Positions 1 to 14,000 of a stretch of DNA of 64,000 nt are shown here, piece after piece. Source of the stretch: Takakia lepidozioides. Lineage: Eukaryota; Plantae; Bryophyta. The position numbers and the translations under genes are program-made. The stretch is taken from the NCBI GenBank assembly GCA_030704615.1, contig CM060733.1, positions 7,440,001 through 7,504,000 of the forward strand, read 5' to 3'. Under the pieces are notes generated by a model that was not told where the DNA came from, ran no database searches, and worked only from the letters and a program-made list of their open reading frames with translations. The first letter of the stretch is position 1. Each line of letters starts with the position of its first letter.

Positions 1-2224
1 CTGCTGTGACAGTATCAAAATGTTTGGAATCCCAATTTCAGACGGTAACTGGTGCTCACTCTAAGCCCTTATGTCTTCCTGTCACTGATGATCTTTTGAA
101 TTTGACCGAGCAGCAGCAGGATACAGGGAAGGCCAGCTGTGAGGTACACGTGGAAATTCAGCCCTTGCCACGTACAAAGGCAGTAGCAGTCCAGGGGGCA
201 ATGGTGACAGAGCCGCTGGGCACACCGGATTCTGGTATGCAAGTATGTGGGAGTTTAGATGGGGAGGAAGATGCAGACGGGGACAAAACAAACAAGCAGG
301 TCAATACAACAGATTGCGGCTTTTACGTCTCTGTGTTATGTCTGCAAATGCAGTCATGGAAGCCATTTACGACTTCCTGACTCTGAAGACGTAAAGCCTT
401 AGTCAGTTGTGACATGGCAGATATGACTCTCCAGGTTGGCTGTGACGTGGTGCCTGAGCAGCTGTGGGGGTAGTCATACACGCTGGCTTTACTGAATGAC
501 TGAACGGACAGTTAGTCCATGTCAGCGGCTGTGCAAGAGTGACACGTGCTCGATACAGGAAATGACACGTGGAAAAGTGTTCGTTCTCCATGACTGCGAA
601 CTATAACTACAGGTGTGCTAATCTGGTTGCAACACGTGGCGCGTTGCAGTTTTTACACGTGGTCCCTCAACAGATTGACATGTGTCATGATGGGTTTTTT
701 TTTGGTGTATTGCTATTTTTTTTACATATTTGTAATTTTGCCACGTGGTGTAGTACTATTGGAGAGTGAAAATAGATATAGTCATTATTATGACTATGAT
801 AGTACTCATATACATGTCTATTGCAACAATGAAATATAATATATAATACAAAGAGAACAAAGCAGTAAGACATAACTGCAACAAGCTGAGCAAAACCAAG
901 AGATTGTACACCATCTCTATTTAACAATATTTATCATTATCATTTTTGTCGCGATCTAAAAATACATAAAATTGTCACATGTTCTCATGTGAATTAATTG
1001 TCTAACTATAACACTTTGAAAAGTGTTCACCCATAATCTTCTAACTACTTATGTATTCCATCAATCTGCAACCCATCAAAAACTAAGGCTTGCATGTCCT
1101 TAAGAATTATTACAACAAGGACATCTGTTTCTTTTCCAAGTTCTTGCGTAAGATGCGCCAACCACATTGCATTGTGAGATTCTCACTCGCTATACTCCAA
1201 AGTGTCTAGGGAAGGTCACTGAGCAACCTGCCAAGGCAAAAACAATAGAGAATTATCTAATACCATATATGAAAAACCAATGCCAGTGTTGTTTATGGTA
1301 ACTTCTATCCCATGGACTCGTAAACAACCAAAGCAAAAATGTTGGTGTGTGTTGGCGAAGTCGTCAGATACTTCACAAAGAAACATGCACAAAAAATGAG
1401 AGCCAGGAGGATAGGAAGGTCACTCACGTTATTTATACAAAGACTTCTTGCCCCTTGCCCAGCACCCTACGTCACCCACATTCTATCTCTACTCCTTCAG
1501 CTATCCATGCCTCTACACAAATCAAGCATTCATCCTTGCCTTGCTGCTAGCAGTTGACAATGACAGCCTATATTTGTTCTAGGAAAACCCAACTCAGCGT
1601 AGCCCACTAGTTCCTATCTGAATTGTGTCTGCTTGCTCTCTGAAATGTAGCAGGCATACACCTTTCTGCCCCGTTGACCCATCAGTGACTGGGCTCCGAT
1701 AAGTATTCATTCCACAACTTCTCCTCATCTCTATACCTGTTTTTTGACACTTTCTTGTTGTCACACATTGGCAGTATCATGTCAAAGTCACTCCAAACTA
1801 GATTCACTCAACCAGCTAACTTGCAGAATTAAACATGAAAATTTTGATAAGAGGGAAAAATAGGGTGAAATGTGTTGAAGAAGATGTCTTCATTAGCAGT
1901 GCCTGATTTTATCACTGCCGTTGCTGCCAGTTGACCATCTACCTATGCAGGTTTCTTGTAGCTATTGATCCACAAGGAATCACAGGTAATCTTGTGCTTG
2001 AAATCTGGCCCTCTTGGATGAATTTGGACCCACACGAAATCCCTGCTCCTTCAGCTATCGATGCCTCTGCACAAATCATGCATACATCCTCGCCTTGCTG
2101 CTAGCAGCTAACAATGACAGCCTAGAATTGTCAAAGCACACACTAGCAGGGAAAACAGGGTGAAATATGTTGAAGAAGGTACCTTCACCCCTTTCCCCAT
2201 CATTTGCTTTCAGGTGTCCAAAGC

Positions 2225-2395
2225 CCCATCCCGCGCTCCTGCTCTGCACACCCTGCAAGCATCGCATTCCACGACACCACATATGGTTCAGCCATAGTGT
2301 TGAACACTCCCTTAGATGCTCCCACATTTAGCATACATGGCCACCAGAGCAATGTTCAGGATGACATCTGGTACAATTGCAGATTTGATGATGTC
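2225..2395 (-). pseudogene. PLS-class pentatricopeptide repeat (PPR) gene fragment
   Basis: Minus strand reads IIKSAIVPDVILNIALVAMYAKCGSI*..GVFNTMAEPYVVSWNAMLAG, the typical PLS-PPR text (ALV.MYAKCG, VVSWNAM), with a stop and a frameshift. Confidence 0.75.
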
Positions 2396-2619
2396 ACCAG
2401 GGATCTTTGAAAGTTACACAACATAATTTTGCTGCAAATCAATGGGTGACGGATCAATATGGAAGGACTGCTTACTGCCGGGAAATCTAATCTAATAAAT
2501 CCGATATGCTTCAGGTAGTTTTGGATTGTGATAGGCTGGTTGTAGAACTCTTCTTCAGAGAGTCGATAGTTGGGTGAATAAGACTGGCTGGGTCTATACT
2601 GACTGGGGTAGTGCTCTGT

Positions 2620-3792
2620 CTGCCAAGGCCACCTCAAACTTTGCCTTGCCCCACAGTTGTCTTGCCGTTGTATCTGCCTCTGCTATCCTCTCTTGCTATC
2701 CTCAATTCTCTGTTTGGAGTTGTTCAACATTCCAACTCTGCATAGTCACCCTGTTGCAAAAACAACAAGATACAGAAATCAAGATGCATCGTATATGGAT
2801 GGAAGTTAACCTTGCATAGCCAACGTGGGCTTTCTGGAGTGTATGCCATGCCCAAACAAAGGAGGACACTGCAGCCAATGCAAACATGCTACGCCACCTG
2901 TTTTATCACCCCAAAGAAAGAATCTAACGTCCATTTCCATACAAGGCAACGTCTCACAGTGGCATCCAATTAACTTTGATTGAATACATGTTCAATTTGC
3001 GAAACAATGTACCAACCATTTACCCAGCACCAGTATTGTCTACCTTGCACTCACTCAAAGGACCATTTTGGCCACCACAAATGCCCATTACAGATACTAT
3101 GCCTTCCAACTAACTGGACCAAATGTCATGTGCCTCTATATGACTGGAAGGCCTAAAGCAACCCTTCACCTTCAAGACAAGAAAGACTAAAATACAGAAA
3201 CAAATCATGCTGCACATGTTCTTTGAATATTTCATCTGTCCACAAACACATCAGTGTCCAGTCAGTACCAGGCAGTTTGCCACTCAGGGGAAGCCCCACA
3301 ATAAGAGCCATCAGAATGCCCACACAGATGGAAAAGTTAGTTCATTGTTCCCAGTGTACCACGGATCTCTGTAGGAGACACTTTCCATTGCCACCCCAAT
3401 GCTCCCTTTCTCAGCCTTGTGCTCCAATGTCATGGATATGAGGTGCAACAACAAATATCCCAAGCAACTTTGCAAGGTACCATAGGGTGTCACATGGTTC
3501 TCTTCATAGTTTACTATGATGTGGTTAACTACTTAAAAAGCTCAGGATTACTGAGCAGCATTGATCTCAAGCATAAAGTTACTGACTGCGTTTGGCTCTA
3601 TGATAGAGGTTAAACCATGCACAAACCATTTTCTAACACTGCTCTCGTAGACACTAGTGAAAGTTGGGAAGGAGACGAGAACAAAGCCTTACCTCTGATA
3701 TGTACAGGGGCACTACGCCAGATGAAATTCCAATACCGATCCCCGCCAAGATCTGTCATATTATCATACTCTCGAAACCACTTGATGTTGCA
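2620..3792 (-). pseudogene. Plastidic glucose translocator (pGlcT)-like MFS sugar transporter, decayed exons
   Basis: Collinear exon remnants with splice sites: 3792-3693 ...ILAGIGIGISSGVVPLYISE|gtaag; about 3381-3269 VSPTEIRGTLGTMN*L..ICVGILMALIVGLPLSG; 2897-2811 WRSMFALAAV..LGMAYTPESPRWLCK|gt; about 2690-2620 RIAEADTTARQLWGK. Contains stops and frameshifts. Confidence 0.8.
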
Positions 3793-4869
3793 CTGCGCCA
3801 ACCAAGCATACCACATTTTCATCCTTTGGTCACAAACCTTGCAAGCAGTTTGCCAGAGGAATTACACATCAACAAATGTCTGTACTCAAAATTTTCAACG
3901 TGGCTGTGAGGAGCAACCTCCACTACATTAATGGAGCGAAGGTAGCCTCTCTTGACCCTAAACCCTAACCTTGTGTCATGACCCATGGAGGATTTGACTG
4001 ACCATGAACCCAAGAGGACCTCTTGTGTGTGCTGCTTGTGTCTGTAGTCAGGTAATGTCGGATTTGTCTGTCAGAACCACCACGGTGCAGCTGAGCGGGT
4101 AGAGATTGAAACACGGCCTGCTAAGACCAAGCTGAATCTCCCAAGAACTGCGAGTTCCCAGTCGAAACCTCCTCGGACACATACCCTAGCATTTCTTGGA
4201 CGCTTGCTTCAGATGCGAAGGTTGCTCCAACTGCGGGCCTCCCATGCATGTTTGCCCTCCCTCCCGCTCGCTCGTTCTAAGTCCCAGCCCTCTCTCTCTC
4301 TCCCTCCCGCTCGCTCTAAGTCTGTTCACTGCTACGTGATGGGCAACTTTTTAAGTTTTTTAACCTTTTTGTAAACCCTAAAAGCCTTTTTCTTTTTTTT
4401 TAAAAAAAATCTTAAAGAAAACCACAGGCCCTTGAGGAGGGGGAAAATTTCACCCGCCTTCATTTATGGGCCATAAGACCTACAGGACGATCAACGCCCA
4501 GACATACCGTCACGAACAATCCCACACACGCGATATGGGCAACGGGTTTGAACCCCAAACCACCAAGGCGACACACTGTGCACTTACCAGCCGATGTGTT
4601 TTTTTTTAAATCTTTTTGTACTTTGATTTTATTTTTATTTTTTCAAAATTCATTCCTGGGATGTTCCTCTGGGCTATATCCGTGACAGTAGAGCAATACT
4701 AATATGAGTCCATTTTTTCATATTTGTTTTCTAGAGTGAGTGCAAATAGTCCATAACACCTTTTTTTATGGACTGTGACACTGTCATATGCACTTTTCTA
4801 AAGTCCATTACTTTGACAAATTAACTTCATTTCTTGATGAGAATTTAAATATTAGAGCTTGTAGTAGTT

Positions 4870-6017
4870 GGAAACATAAGAGTGAGTCCCATTTCATCAT
4901 TGTAGTAAAAATTTGTCTCTAAGGTATAATCGAATCAAACTATGTCCTGTAAAACACGTGTTGTGACACAAAAATGTAGTCACCGTAGTTTGCATTCACT
5001 GACATGTCCAAGTCTCTGATGCCCGAGGTCACTCTGCTCGAGAGTAGCATTGCAATCCACATGTAAAGCCTGGACAGCCCCAACCAGCTTGTACAATCTC
5101 GCATCTTGAACTACATTAGTTCAACCCAACATGACTGATAGAAACCTCAACCATAAGACATTGCTTATTTAGCTGACTAACTGACAATAAGTTCTTTGTC
5201 AATCTATGAACATAGAGAACATCTCCGATCTCTTTTGACACTCTAGATGATAATTGAAACACAACAGTACTTATTTCATGGATATCAAGACTAGTAGTAC
5301 TGTTGTCTCCAAGATACACCTTGCGTCCTATAAAAAGTTCTTTGAAGGTTGAGAATGCTTCCCTTTGCAACGTCATATGTTGAGATGCTCCTGAATCAAT
5401 AATTCACTATACATCTTTACAACTAGGAGAGATTGAAAAAGCTACAACAGAAAGTTCAGTTTTGTCAGCCATAATTACGGCTGAAATTTCACTCTGTAAC
5501 TTCTCATTCTTCTTATCATCTAGCTTTTTCTTGAAGCATTCATGTGCATAATAACCTCTTATGCTACAAAAGAAAACAGACTCTGTGTTAGTCATCACGA
5601 AACTTTCACAAAAACCAAGCCAAGCCTTGAACCCACAACTGCTTGTAAGGCCTCGTTGTACCCTAATCACTGGGCCATGGTTTCTTCTTCGTGAAATGTT
5701 CCTTCTTCCATCTTTCAACTCTTGGTTAAGATAGAGCCGATTGACGATATGTTTTCATTCAAACTAGCACATAGATTGGTCCATGCTTCTCTAGCAGTTT
5801 TAGCATGTGCAACATGATGAAGTATTGAATCTGTTATATTCAACAACATGGTTCCTCGAGCTAGCTTATCTTTCTTCGCAAAAAGTTGTCGCTCAGGAGT
5901 CAACCCTGCGACTATGATCTCCCACAAATCTTTCTAATGAAGAATGAACTCCATCTTAATCTTCCATGTATGAAAATTGTGACCATCTAACTTCTCTTCT
6001 CGGGTACTGATCATTCA
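4870..6017 (-). mobile_element. Ty1/Copia gag-pol remnant (gag UBN2-type, zinc knuckle, protease, GAG-pre-integrase)
   Basis: LLNITDSILHHVAHAKTAREAW (UBN2-type gag), CFFCSIRGYYAHEC-like knuckle, IDSGASQHMT protease near 5370-5400, and GHQRLGHVSE near 5000-5030. Frameshifted. Confidence 0.85.
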
Positions 6018-6754
6018 TAAAAATGCCATGATATATTTGATGATTGCCAGTACAAAACACCCGCACACTACCAACTCCTAACACCAACGAGGCATGCGTG
6101 AGCCTTGCGCGTGAGCGCGCGAGCGTACGCTTCACGCAGCGATTGACGTGGCATGAGCGTGCACCCACGCTGACGTGGCGTGAGCGTGATGTAAGCAGGC
6201 TGATGTTGCGCAAAACTGACGTGGCCCTGCGCTTGTCATTTGCCACGTCACATGAAACATGCGCCCGCCTATAACGAGGATGGTCTATGACCGTGGAATA
6301 ATGAAGGGAATTCCTTGGCTACATACAATAAAGACTACCATGAGCTAAATTGCAAACATCCAACATTGTGCAATTACAATTGTTTGTTTCACTTTTATAA
6401 TTACAAGGGTTTGAAATATCCTCCCAAAGTGTGCGCCAATAGAGGCTGTCAAAACAAAAGACCTTGCTCCCTCCCCAAATAACAATGAAGTTAGGATCAT
6501 CTTCAAAGATGGTTGTAGTGCATAGCGACAAGAAGACATGTACACTTTGAACGGTGCAATGATGAATGTGCTGTTAAAAGTTTCCACTCAGAGCTCACTC
6601 AGTATAATTGGAAGGGTATGAAGGATACGGGACACCATATCATTGCACCCCCGACATGTTGCAACAAATGATTGAATGAATTTCATGACAATGTTGCAAT
6701 TGCACATTCATAGCATGATCGTCCATATACCACATGGCATAGTTGATGCTACCT

Positions 6755-9700
6755 ATGTGTTGTACCCTGCTGCAATAGAGTATCGACCTCGTTGAAACTC
6801 AGAGTGGCCCTTGCTGAACTAAGTTGTCAGTTTTGTGATGCAAACCATCCTCTTCAAAAATACGAAATACAAATGTTTGCAGGGTATGAATTTACCTCTC
6901 TTGCCCCAAACTGGTTGATAGCATATTCAGAAAACAAATCAGGACATGTGCATTTGGGGAAAATTGGAAACCGTGATGTCGTGGCCCTGTCATGAATAGC
7001 AGATGTCGAAGTGATCATTGGTACACCCGACCATATCCTGGATCGGCACGTCCATGGTGCTTGCACACGAGCTTGGAGCATTCTTGCGGACTCCACTTTT
7101 CCGAAGTGTTTCAACGGTTGGAGGGAACGAACCAGCTTTCCATCTCGTTTGGTTGGCCACAAGTGAGGATTGCCGGGGGACCCAAAAGGACGCAGAAGTA
7201 GAAACACATGTATGCAGTAGGGTGTCTCGCAAGGGAAAAAATCTGCCTCTCCAGCATTGCAATCTCCTGATTGTGAGATGTGTTTCCCACCTTGACGGGC
7301 CAACGGTTGGAGGAGCTAGCTTCATCACCACGGAAGGACGCACAGTTCCATGCACACATCTCCACAATCGTCTGCGCAGAACCAGACTTGTGGTTCTTTG
7401 CTTCTGGTTAGCCGTATGGACGCAATCAAAACCCGTGAAAGTCGGAGCAGGAGTCCGGAGGCATGCCTCTGGATATGATGAAGTGCATTTCTCGAAATTA
7501 GTTGCCCTGATCACTGTACATTTCACACGAGACCCCCTGCACTTATGTGTTCTAATGTGCAACGTGGTCAGGGCATGCGGACTCCAACACATCAAGGGTG
7601 TAGTTTCTTCCCTGCCACATTTCAGTGGCACTGTTAGATGCTGGAGCCTCCTGCCGTCGAGTCGGAGGTTCCTTCAGAATGGAGGTTCCGGACATGGATC
7701 TACCATGCAAGGGAACACGAGGCTTCGAGAAGTTATCACACGGTCTGCCCTGTGTGAATCGAATCCGCTAGGTGGGGTTTCACATTTTCCTCTTACATGA
7801 GCCGAATCTCTCATCCCGTTCAAGATGTATGAACTCTAGAAACAAGTGGCGTTCCCTGGGCATACATGCTCACCGCCCGTGCTTTATCTTGCTTGGATCC
7901 CCAGATTTGTTTGCAGCACGCAACATCCACTCCTGTTGTCCAGACCCTTGCCACCCCCCCTCATCGCAAGAAATCACGGTATCTGGTTTGTTGTTGCAAG
8001 GCACGTATACAGATCATCTGTTGTTGCCACATACCAACCCGACCTCGTTTCCCCAGACTGTTGCACCATGCATTTGCACAGTTCTCTGCAAATTGCAAGC
8101 TGGCATGTCTGTCATTTCCTCAATGGACATGTTCTGCAAAGAGCAGAACCACACTTCAGAACAGTGCACAGGGAACACACATAAAGAAAGCAAGGAGAGC
8201 AAATTTGGAAAGTAAATGTATGAAAAAATAGCATACAGCCTCGCACCATGTCATGGCTGCTCCCCACTGTCTGTAACCGGAAGTGCCAAAACGCCAGCCA
8301 ATCTTCCAATGCTCTCATACTCTCAAGCGATGCAGCTCCAGAAGAGAACCACCAGGCACAAATTGTTTGAACAAGTGTCCACGCCTCCTTCATTGTTCTA
8401 GCATCTTTGTACTCTTTGCACAATTTACGGGTGCTGTGTCTACATCTCTGGTTTGATGTCCGACTTTGTATGTTTCTCCAAGATTGTGTCCAATGGAATA
8501 GACATGTACGCTCTCTTCCCGACATTGGCCTTTTTGGGTCGCATGATCCGAAGACATTCGAACTGCATTTGAAATTTGCCTGAGCACTATCTGCCATAAA
8601 ACCAACGAATTTGGAGATGGAGCCCTAACCCTTCCAGGAATTCCACATGAGCTTCTGGGAATTCCGTATCCTTGGATTGCATTTCACAAACTGCATTGTC
8701 ATAACTCGTTTGGTACACACTGGATCGTACACATGACAAGCCATTGTTGTCCAAGCTTTCACTCTTTCACATGATCAAAATAAGAAAACACTTTCTGGCA
8801 GGTCCCAAGTCTTATGCAACTCCGCTTCACGAGGCAAACCCCACTACCCTCCCTTGCAGTCGAAATTTTGAAAAGAAAAACTTTGATGGCACCTTGACCT
8901 GGAAAAACATTTTCTGGATGTAGTCGTACTGCTCATACGTTTCAATTCCAAAATGTTGTCTATGTAGCCTCTGATCCCGAGCCCTTCTCAATGCTTGATC
9001 TGATGCCGATGCTAGGTGAACTCAACGTGGAGAAATGATCCATGACAACGTCGAGTGCTGCACCATCATTTAGGCCCACAGAATCCCCTTCACTCAAAAT
9101 ATGGCTTTCCAAGAAGGACTTGCTTGCCACCAAGAGCAATTGCGGTATGTTGTTGCGAATGGGTTTTGATTGTACTCATGTTTAATCAACCTCGCTACTC
9201 TGTCTCAAACAACTCTCCCTGTAATCCCCGTTCGAGACAGGATGTTTATGGAAACCGAAATGCACACAAGCTCTTGTCATGGTTTTCCAAACGGTGGACA
9301 ACATAGTATATTCTTGCTCCACACAGCGCCAGACAGGTTGGTACTAATTTGCCAAAATTGGCAAACGAAGTGGTTCCCCTCTAGAGGAGCAGTCCTAGCT
9401 TACATGGATTTTCCGCGGAGACCCCTTCCACTCGCTTTGATGTGAACCCCAGACTGAAGAAAGTGTCTGCATTTCAAATTATCACACTAAGGTGTCCCTT
9501 GCAAATTGTTCCCTGAAAACAAGCTTGTCCTTATTTTGAATATTGGATGTTTTTGTCTGCACCATGGGTGCCCGTCGTGTCTCTTGTCCATTCCGTGCAT
9601 CATTCTTGTTATACCTCAACCGCGGAGGAGGAGGCAGCTCGAATAGGATATCCCCATCAAAAGTCTCTGGCAGGACTTCACAGGCACACGCTGCTTCAAA

Positions 9701-10235
9701 GCTTCCCAATCAATTCCCCAACTCACTTTTGAAACCTGTCCATTCTCCCATCGCCCGTAGTTTGGAATTACACTACAAATGTCTTCTTCATCCGCTTCCA
9801 CAACTACAGTACAAAGATTGGAGTTGGAATTTCACTAATGTCATCATCGACGAATCCGAAAGCTCAACGATTGGAGTTGAGCACGTTTCTTTTTTTTTCA
9901 ACCCCACCTCCCTTTTGTCTCAACGACTGAATCAGCAGTCGGGGCGTCACATATGATCCAGGGACTTTCTCCGAGGCTCTCTCCAAGTACTCTGTATCTA
10001 CCAGGGGGCAATCTCCACTGGCTCACATGAGCCGTCTCATCAACGATTTTGAAAGAGTATTTCAACAACTTCCCGTCGAAAGCGTACACCTCTTTCTCCA
10101 AGAAGATGGACCCATGCAAAAGCTCAACGGGTAGCCAGGACATGTTCCGTCACAATTGCGAACTTTGTCAAGTGCTGCTTTGGAGAAAGGCCACTGGTTG
10201 GTCGTCAGAATAAACTCTGCTTCGGAGGAAGCCAT
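6755..10235 (-). pseudogene. MULE transposase (GCM-like zinc domain, DDE core, SWIM finger), frameshifted
   Basis: MASSEAEF start at 10235; MADSAQANF...RERTCLFHW (second Asp plus CxxH signature); PACNL..TVQ region where E3 has NLAETVH; C-terminal FPKCTCPD..PCKH SWIM finger. Confidence 0.8.
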
Positions 10236-11080
10236 GTTACGTCCCGAGCGGGGGGTTCTCTTTCCTGAGCTGCTCCTTTGCGAATCAGATGATTCAGCTA
10301 TGCAAACACACTGGTTGCACATGAAATGAGGCGGAAGCCCCCGTTCCTGGAAGATGTGCATATTATGATATTGCCTCTAATCAATGTGGGACGGTTCCTG
10401 ACAAGTCACCGTCAAATTAACGTATGTGATATGCCAGTCTTTATTGTCTCTGAGCAATGCTGACACATAATCCTCTAGTTGTGGGGGTCGCCCCAAAACA
10501 ATAAAAACCCAACCCACCAAAATCCCGCCTACGATCCCATGCAGGGATGATGGGAAGAGAATTAAAAGTAATTAGTTCATTTGTCAGGCCATGACTATAT
10601 ATCCCTATGTCTGATCATGTGGATGGTTTTCTAGATCATGCAATCCCTGGGCCCCAGAACTCTCCACGTACGCATATTCCGTTAAATCCTAAGTAGGCCT
10701 CATGGCAAGTCTTCGAGAATTCTCATCCATGACGTCCAACGGTGATATTAATGAAGCGTCACAAAAAAACACATGTCAATTTTAATGGTTGCACACGCCC
10801 GCTAAGAACCCAAACCCGTGGAAGGAACAGCTGTCCCAAATAGGTTACGCTATTTCACTGTCACGTACGTTCAAGTATTGGACACGCAAGAGGGAATCGA
10901 ACGGTTCCAGGGACACTTCCAAAATGGCGGGACCCCCGAAGAAAGCGAGTCTGTTCATCATTCTTGTTTTTCTTAGAGGAAGAGAGGAAGTCAAGCTGAG
11001 AGGGTTCCTTGTTCGGTTCCGGAAGAGGAGGAATCATTGTATTTTAATCGGTTAGAGAGAGGTTGAGATCAAGAGAGCAA

Positions 11081-14000
11081 ATGACAGGGCGTCGCATGCA
11101 AGATGGTGCAGCGCTTAGCAGCATGTGAACTTGGAGTCAGATCAAGCAGAAGAGCATGTAGGAAAGTGAGAGTGAGGTCCCGCAGTCGTAGCGATGGCTG
11201 GAGCATTGAGCGTAGGTAACCAACAGTGCCAGCCGAGTTCATGCACGAATACAACAACAGAAGGAGGAGCAGTGGACGCCATACCGGAGGAAGTCAGCAA
11301 ACCCTACATCAGACAGAAATGGTGGTCATTCAATATCCGCATAATACTGTTATCATTCGTCTTGATGTTTCCATTCCATGTGGGATCATACATTGTTTTT
11401 TCTTATGTTCAGACCGATGAAAAAGGGAAGAGAAAAGCTACAGAGGGCGATCCGAGCGATGCAGCCACAAAGCCGAAGAAGATGAAAGGGAGCCGTAAGT
11501 TCTCTCAAACGCCCTTCTCCCTCTTTACTATAGTCCCCCGAGTGAGAAAAACGATGATCGGTGGCGATCATCGCTTTACAGAAGAATGTAGTTGGTGTCT
11601 TATTTCAGCAGATTCAGGAAGGCAGGCAAGCAGGAAGAATATGTATCAAGGCGAAAGTGATGATCGGTGCCGACCATCACCTTCGCCATTGCTTTATTAA
11701 GCAAAGAATGCGATTTTTCATGTGATTCAAGAGTGACAGGGAACTAAAGACGCATCTTGGCAATGACGTCGAAGCGATGATCGGTAACGATCATCGCTTT
11801 GAGGTCCATTCCTTCTTGTTCAGACAGTTTAGAAATAGCGTGGTCGTTCAGGAAAGTGATGATCGGTACCGACCATCACATTCAGCCTCCCATTGTTTGT
11901 GCATCCCTTGGCACTTAAATAGTGATGGTCGGTACCGATCATCACTTTCGGCAATGACTGCATGTTAACCCAAAATCCTATCTCGCACTGGAAGCCTTTG
12001 TAGAATGAAATTCTTTAGGTGGAGAAATGTCCATTCAACTTCATATTTGGAATTGGAAACAGAAAAGCGATGGTCGTGTCGACCATCGCCTCCAAGTCCA
12101 TTTCTATGCTCTATATCTCATACAATGAAATGCAGAATTCTGTTGTGAAGTGATGATCGGTGCCGACCATCACATCCAGACCTTATGGGTTGTGCTTCCC
12201 AAGCAGTCTGATTGTGAAGATCGGTACCCGACCATCACTGTTTGAACGGTTTGGCAATACACCAGAATCCATAAAAGGAGACCAAGTTCAGTGGGTGAAA
12301 GAAGGGATTCCGACTAAGATTGATGATCGGTGCCGACCATCACACTCAGACGTCATGGGGTTCGCTTCCTAATGCAATCTGATTGTGATGATCGGTACCA
12401 TCATCCCTTTTTGAACAGATTGGCAATGCACCGAGTCCAAGAGAGGACATCAAGTTCAATGTGTGATAGAGGGGATTCTGACTTATAGTGATGATCGGTG
12501 CCGACCATCACATTTAGACCCATGGGTTGTGCTTCCCAAGGCAGTCTGATTGTGATGATCGGTACCGGACCATCACTTTTTGAACAGATTGGCAATGCAC
12601 CAAAATCCAAAAGAGGACATCAAGTTCAATGAGTGATAGAATGGGTTCTGACTATAGTGATGATTGGTGCCGACCATCACATTAGACCTCGTGGGTGGTT
12701 TGCATCCCAATGCTGTCTTGTGGTGATGTGCGGTACCGACCATCGCTTGCATCATCCTGATGGTCGGCACCGATCATTGCGTCTAGTGAGAACGGAGTCA
12801 AGTGCATCGGGAAACCAAGTAGGATTTCCATTCATTTGTTTAAACAAAGTGATGGTCGGTACCGATCGTCACTGTGTTGAAATGTCTGTTTTCCTTCCTG
12901 AACACCAGTTGCATGTTGTGGTTGTGGCGGTTTTGGGTATGCCAAAGAATGTAAAGTCAAGCAGGCAGAACAGATGCAAAGGGCTCTGGAGAAGGGGACG
13001 ACTCCACAAAGAGTTTTGGAGAACAACGAAGACACTGACGAGTCTGAATTGCACTACCTTGACAAGGTGAAACTTATGTCATATCAAAAAGTAAATTCCT
13101 AGGAGGTTATTAGGGACATGATCGTCTCTGGAGGACGTCTTGAAATCACTCTCTGCCGGATGATCTCCATGCCTGTTGTTCGTCCTCCACTTTCGCATGA
13201 CATTACCAAGTTGGAAACAGATTTCGTGCACGGGTATAGAATGGTGCACAGCTACTGTTTTACGTCTCACTGAAATGATACTAATGTGAGCCCAGAGCTT
13301 ACGGACAACTGGGATGATTGCTGGAAGGATGTGAATGACGAGTTCGAGGACTCTCTGCTGCTTGGACATAACACCCAGTAGTTCTGCAACCACATGTTCT
13401 ATGTCTGGGACGGGAACCATCGCTTGCTAGCTTGGATGGGGTACATGGCGAAACACCATTCAAAATATAAGGACAAGCATTGTGCTGTGGAGGCAATGGT
13501 TCTGGATCCTGGGAACGACATCGCCAGACTTTTGACAATAGTGGATCCCGGACTTGGGGAGGAGTTCATTTTCCAAATCAAATCCCACTACGACAAGCAT
13601 GTACATCCAGAGATGCCCAGGAGAAATTGCACAGGCTGGCTCTCTCTATGGTTGACAACCAGACAAAAGTGAGATGGCTTGAGATTTGGAACTCGGATCA
13701 GACGGTGAAGGATCTGAATCAGTTCCCAAAAAGCACAATCTAGCCTGGCACCAAGGTTGAGGGAATAAGTGATATTGTTTTTTATCAGTGGCTTCACAAG
13801 GCCACATTTTGGAGTCAGGTATTTGTGGATTCAAGTACCTATTGTATATGAAATATCCTATAGCTTTGTCATGCGCAATTCTGATACATGTTCCCATTGC
13901 AGCTGGAGAAACGCGCCATTCTTGTCCTGGAGCAGAATTTGAAGGACTTGAATATTTCGATGGTCTCACCACCAAGATGACCTTGGAGGTGTACATTAGA

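Noticed and set aside
6-380. 124-aa ORF at the window start
   Set aside because: No recognisable motif. It may be the last exon of an upstream gene but cannot be supported.
3955-3972. Interstitial telomere (CCCTAAACCCTAA)
   Set aside because: Only two units; at most a telo-box.
4440-4600. tRNA gene or tRNA-derived SINE (B-box-like GGTTCAAACC on the minus strand; similar motifs near 61380 and 61945)
   Set aside because: I could not establish a cloverleaf, a clear A box or a TSD by eye.
7018-7800. Long plus-strand ORFs over the MULE and Gypsy genes (e.g. 260 aa here, 233 aa at 16008)
   Set aside because: Antisense shadows of minus-strand TE coding sequence.
11551-12872. CRISPR-like interspersed palindromes in E1 and E2 introns
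   Set aside because: Spacing is irregular (about 35-145 bp), the intervening DNA is partly tandem-duplicated, and the repeats are degenerate. They are better read as binding-site arrays.
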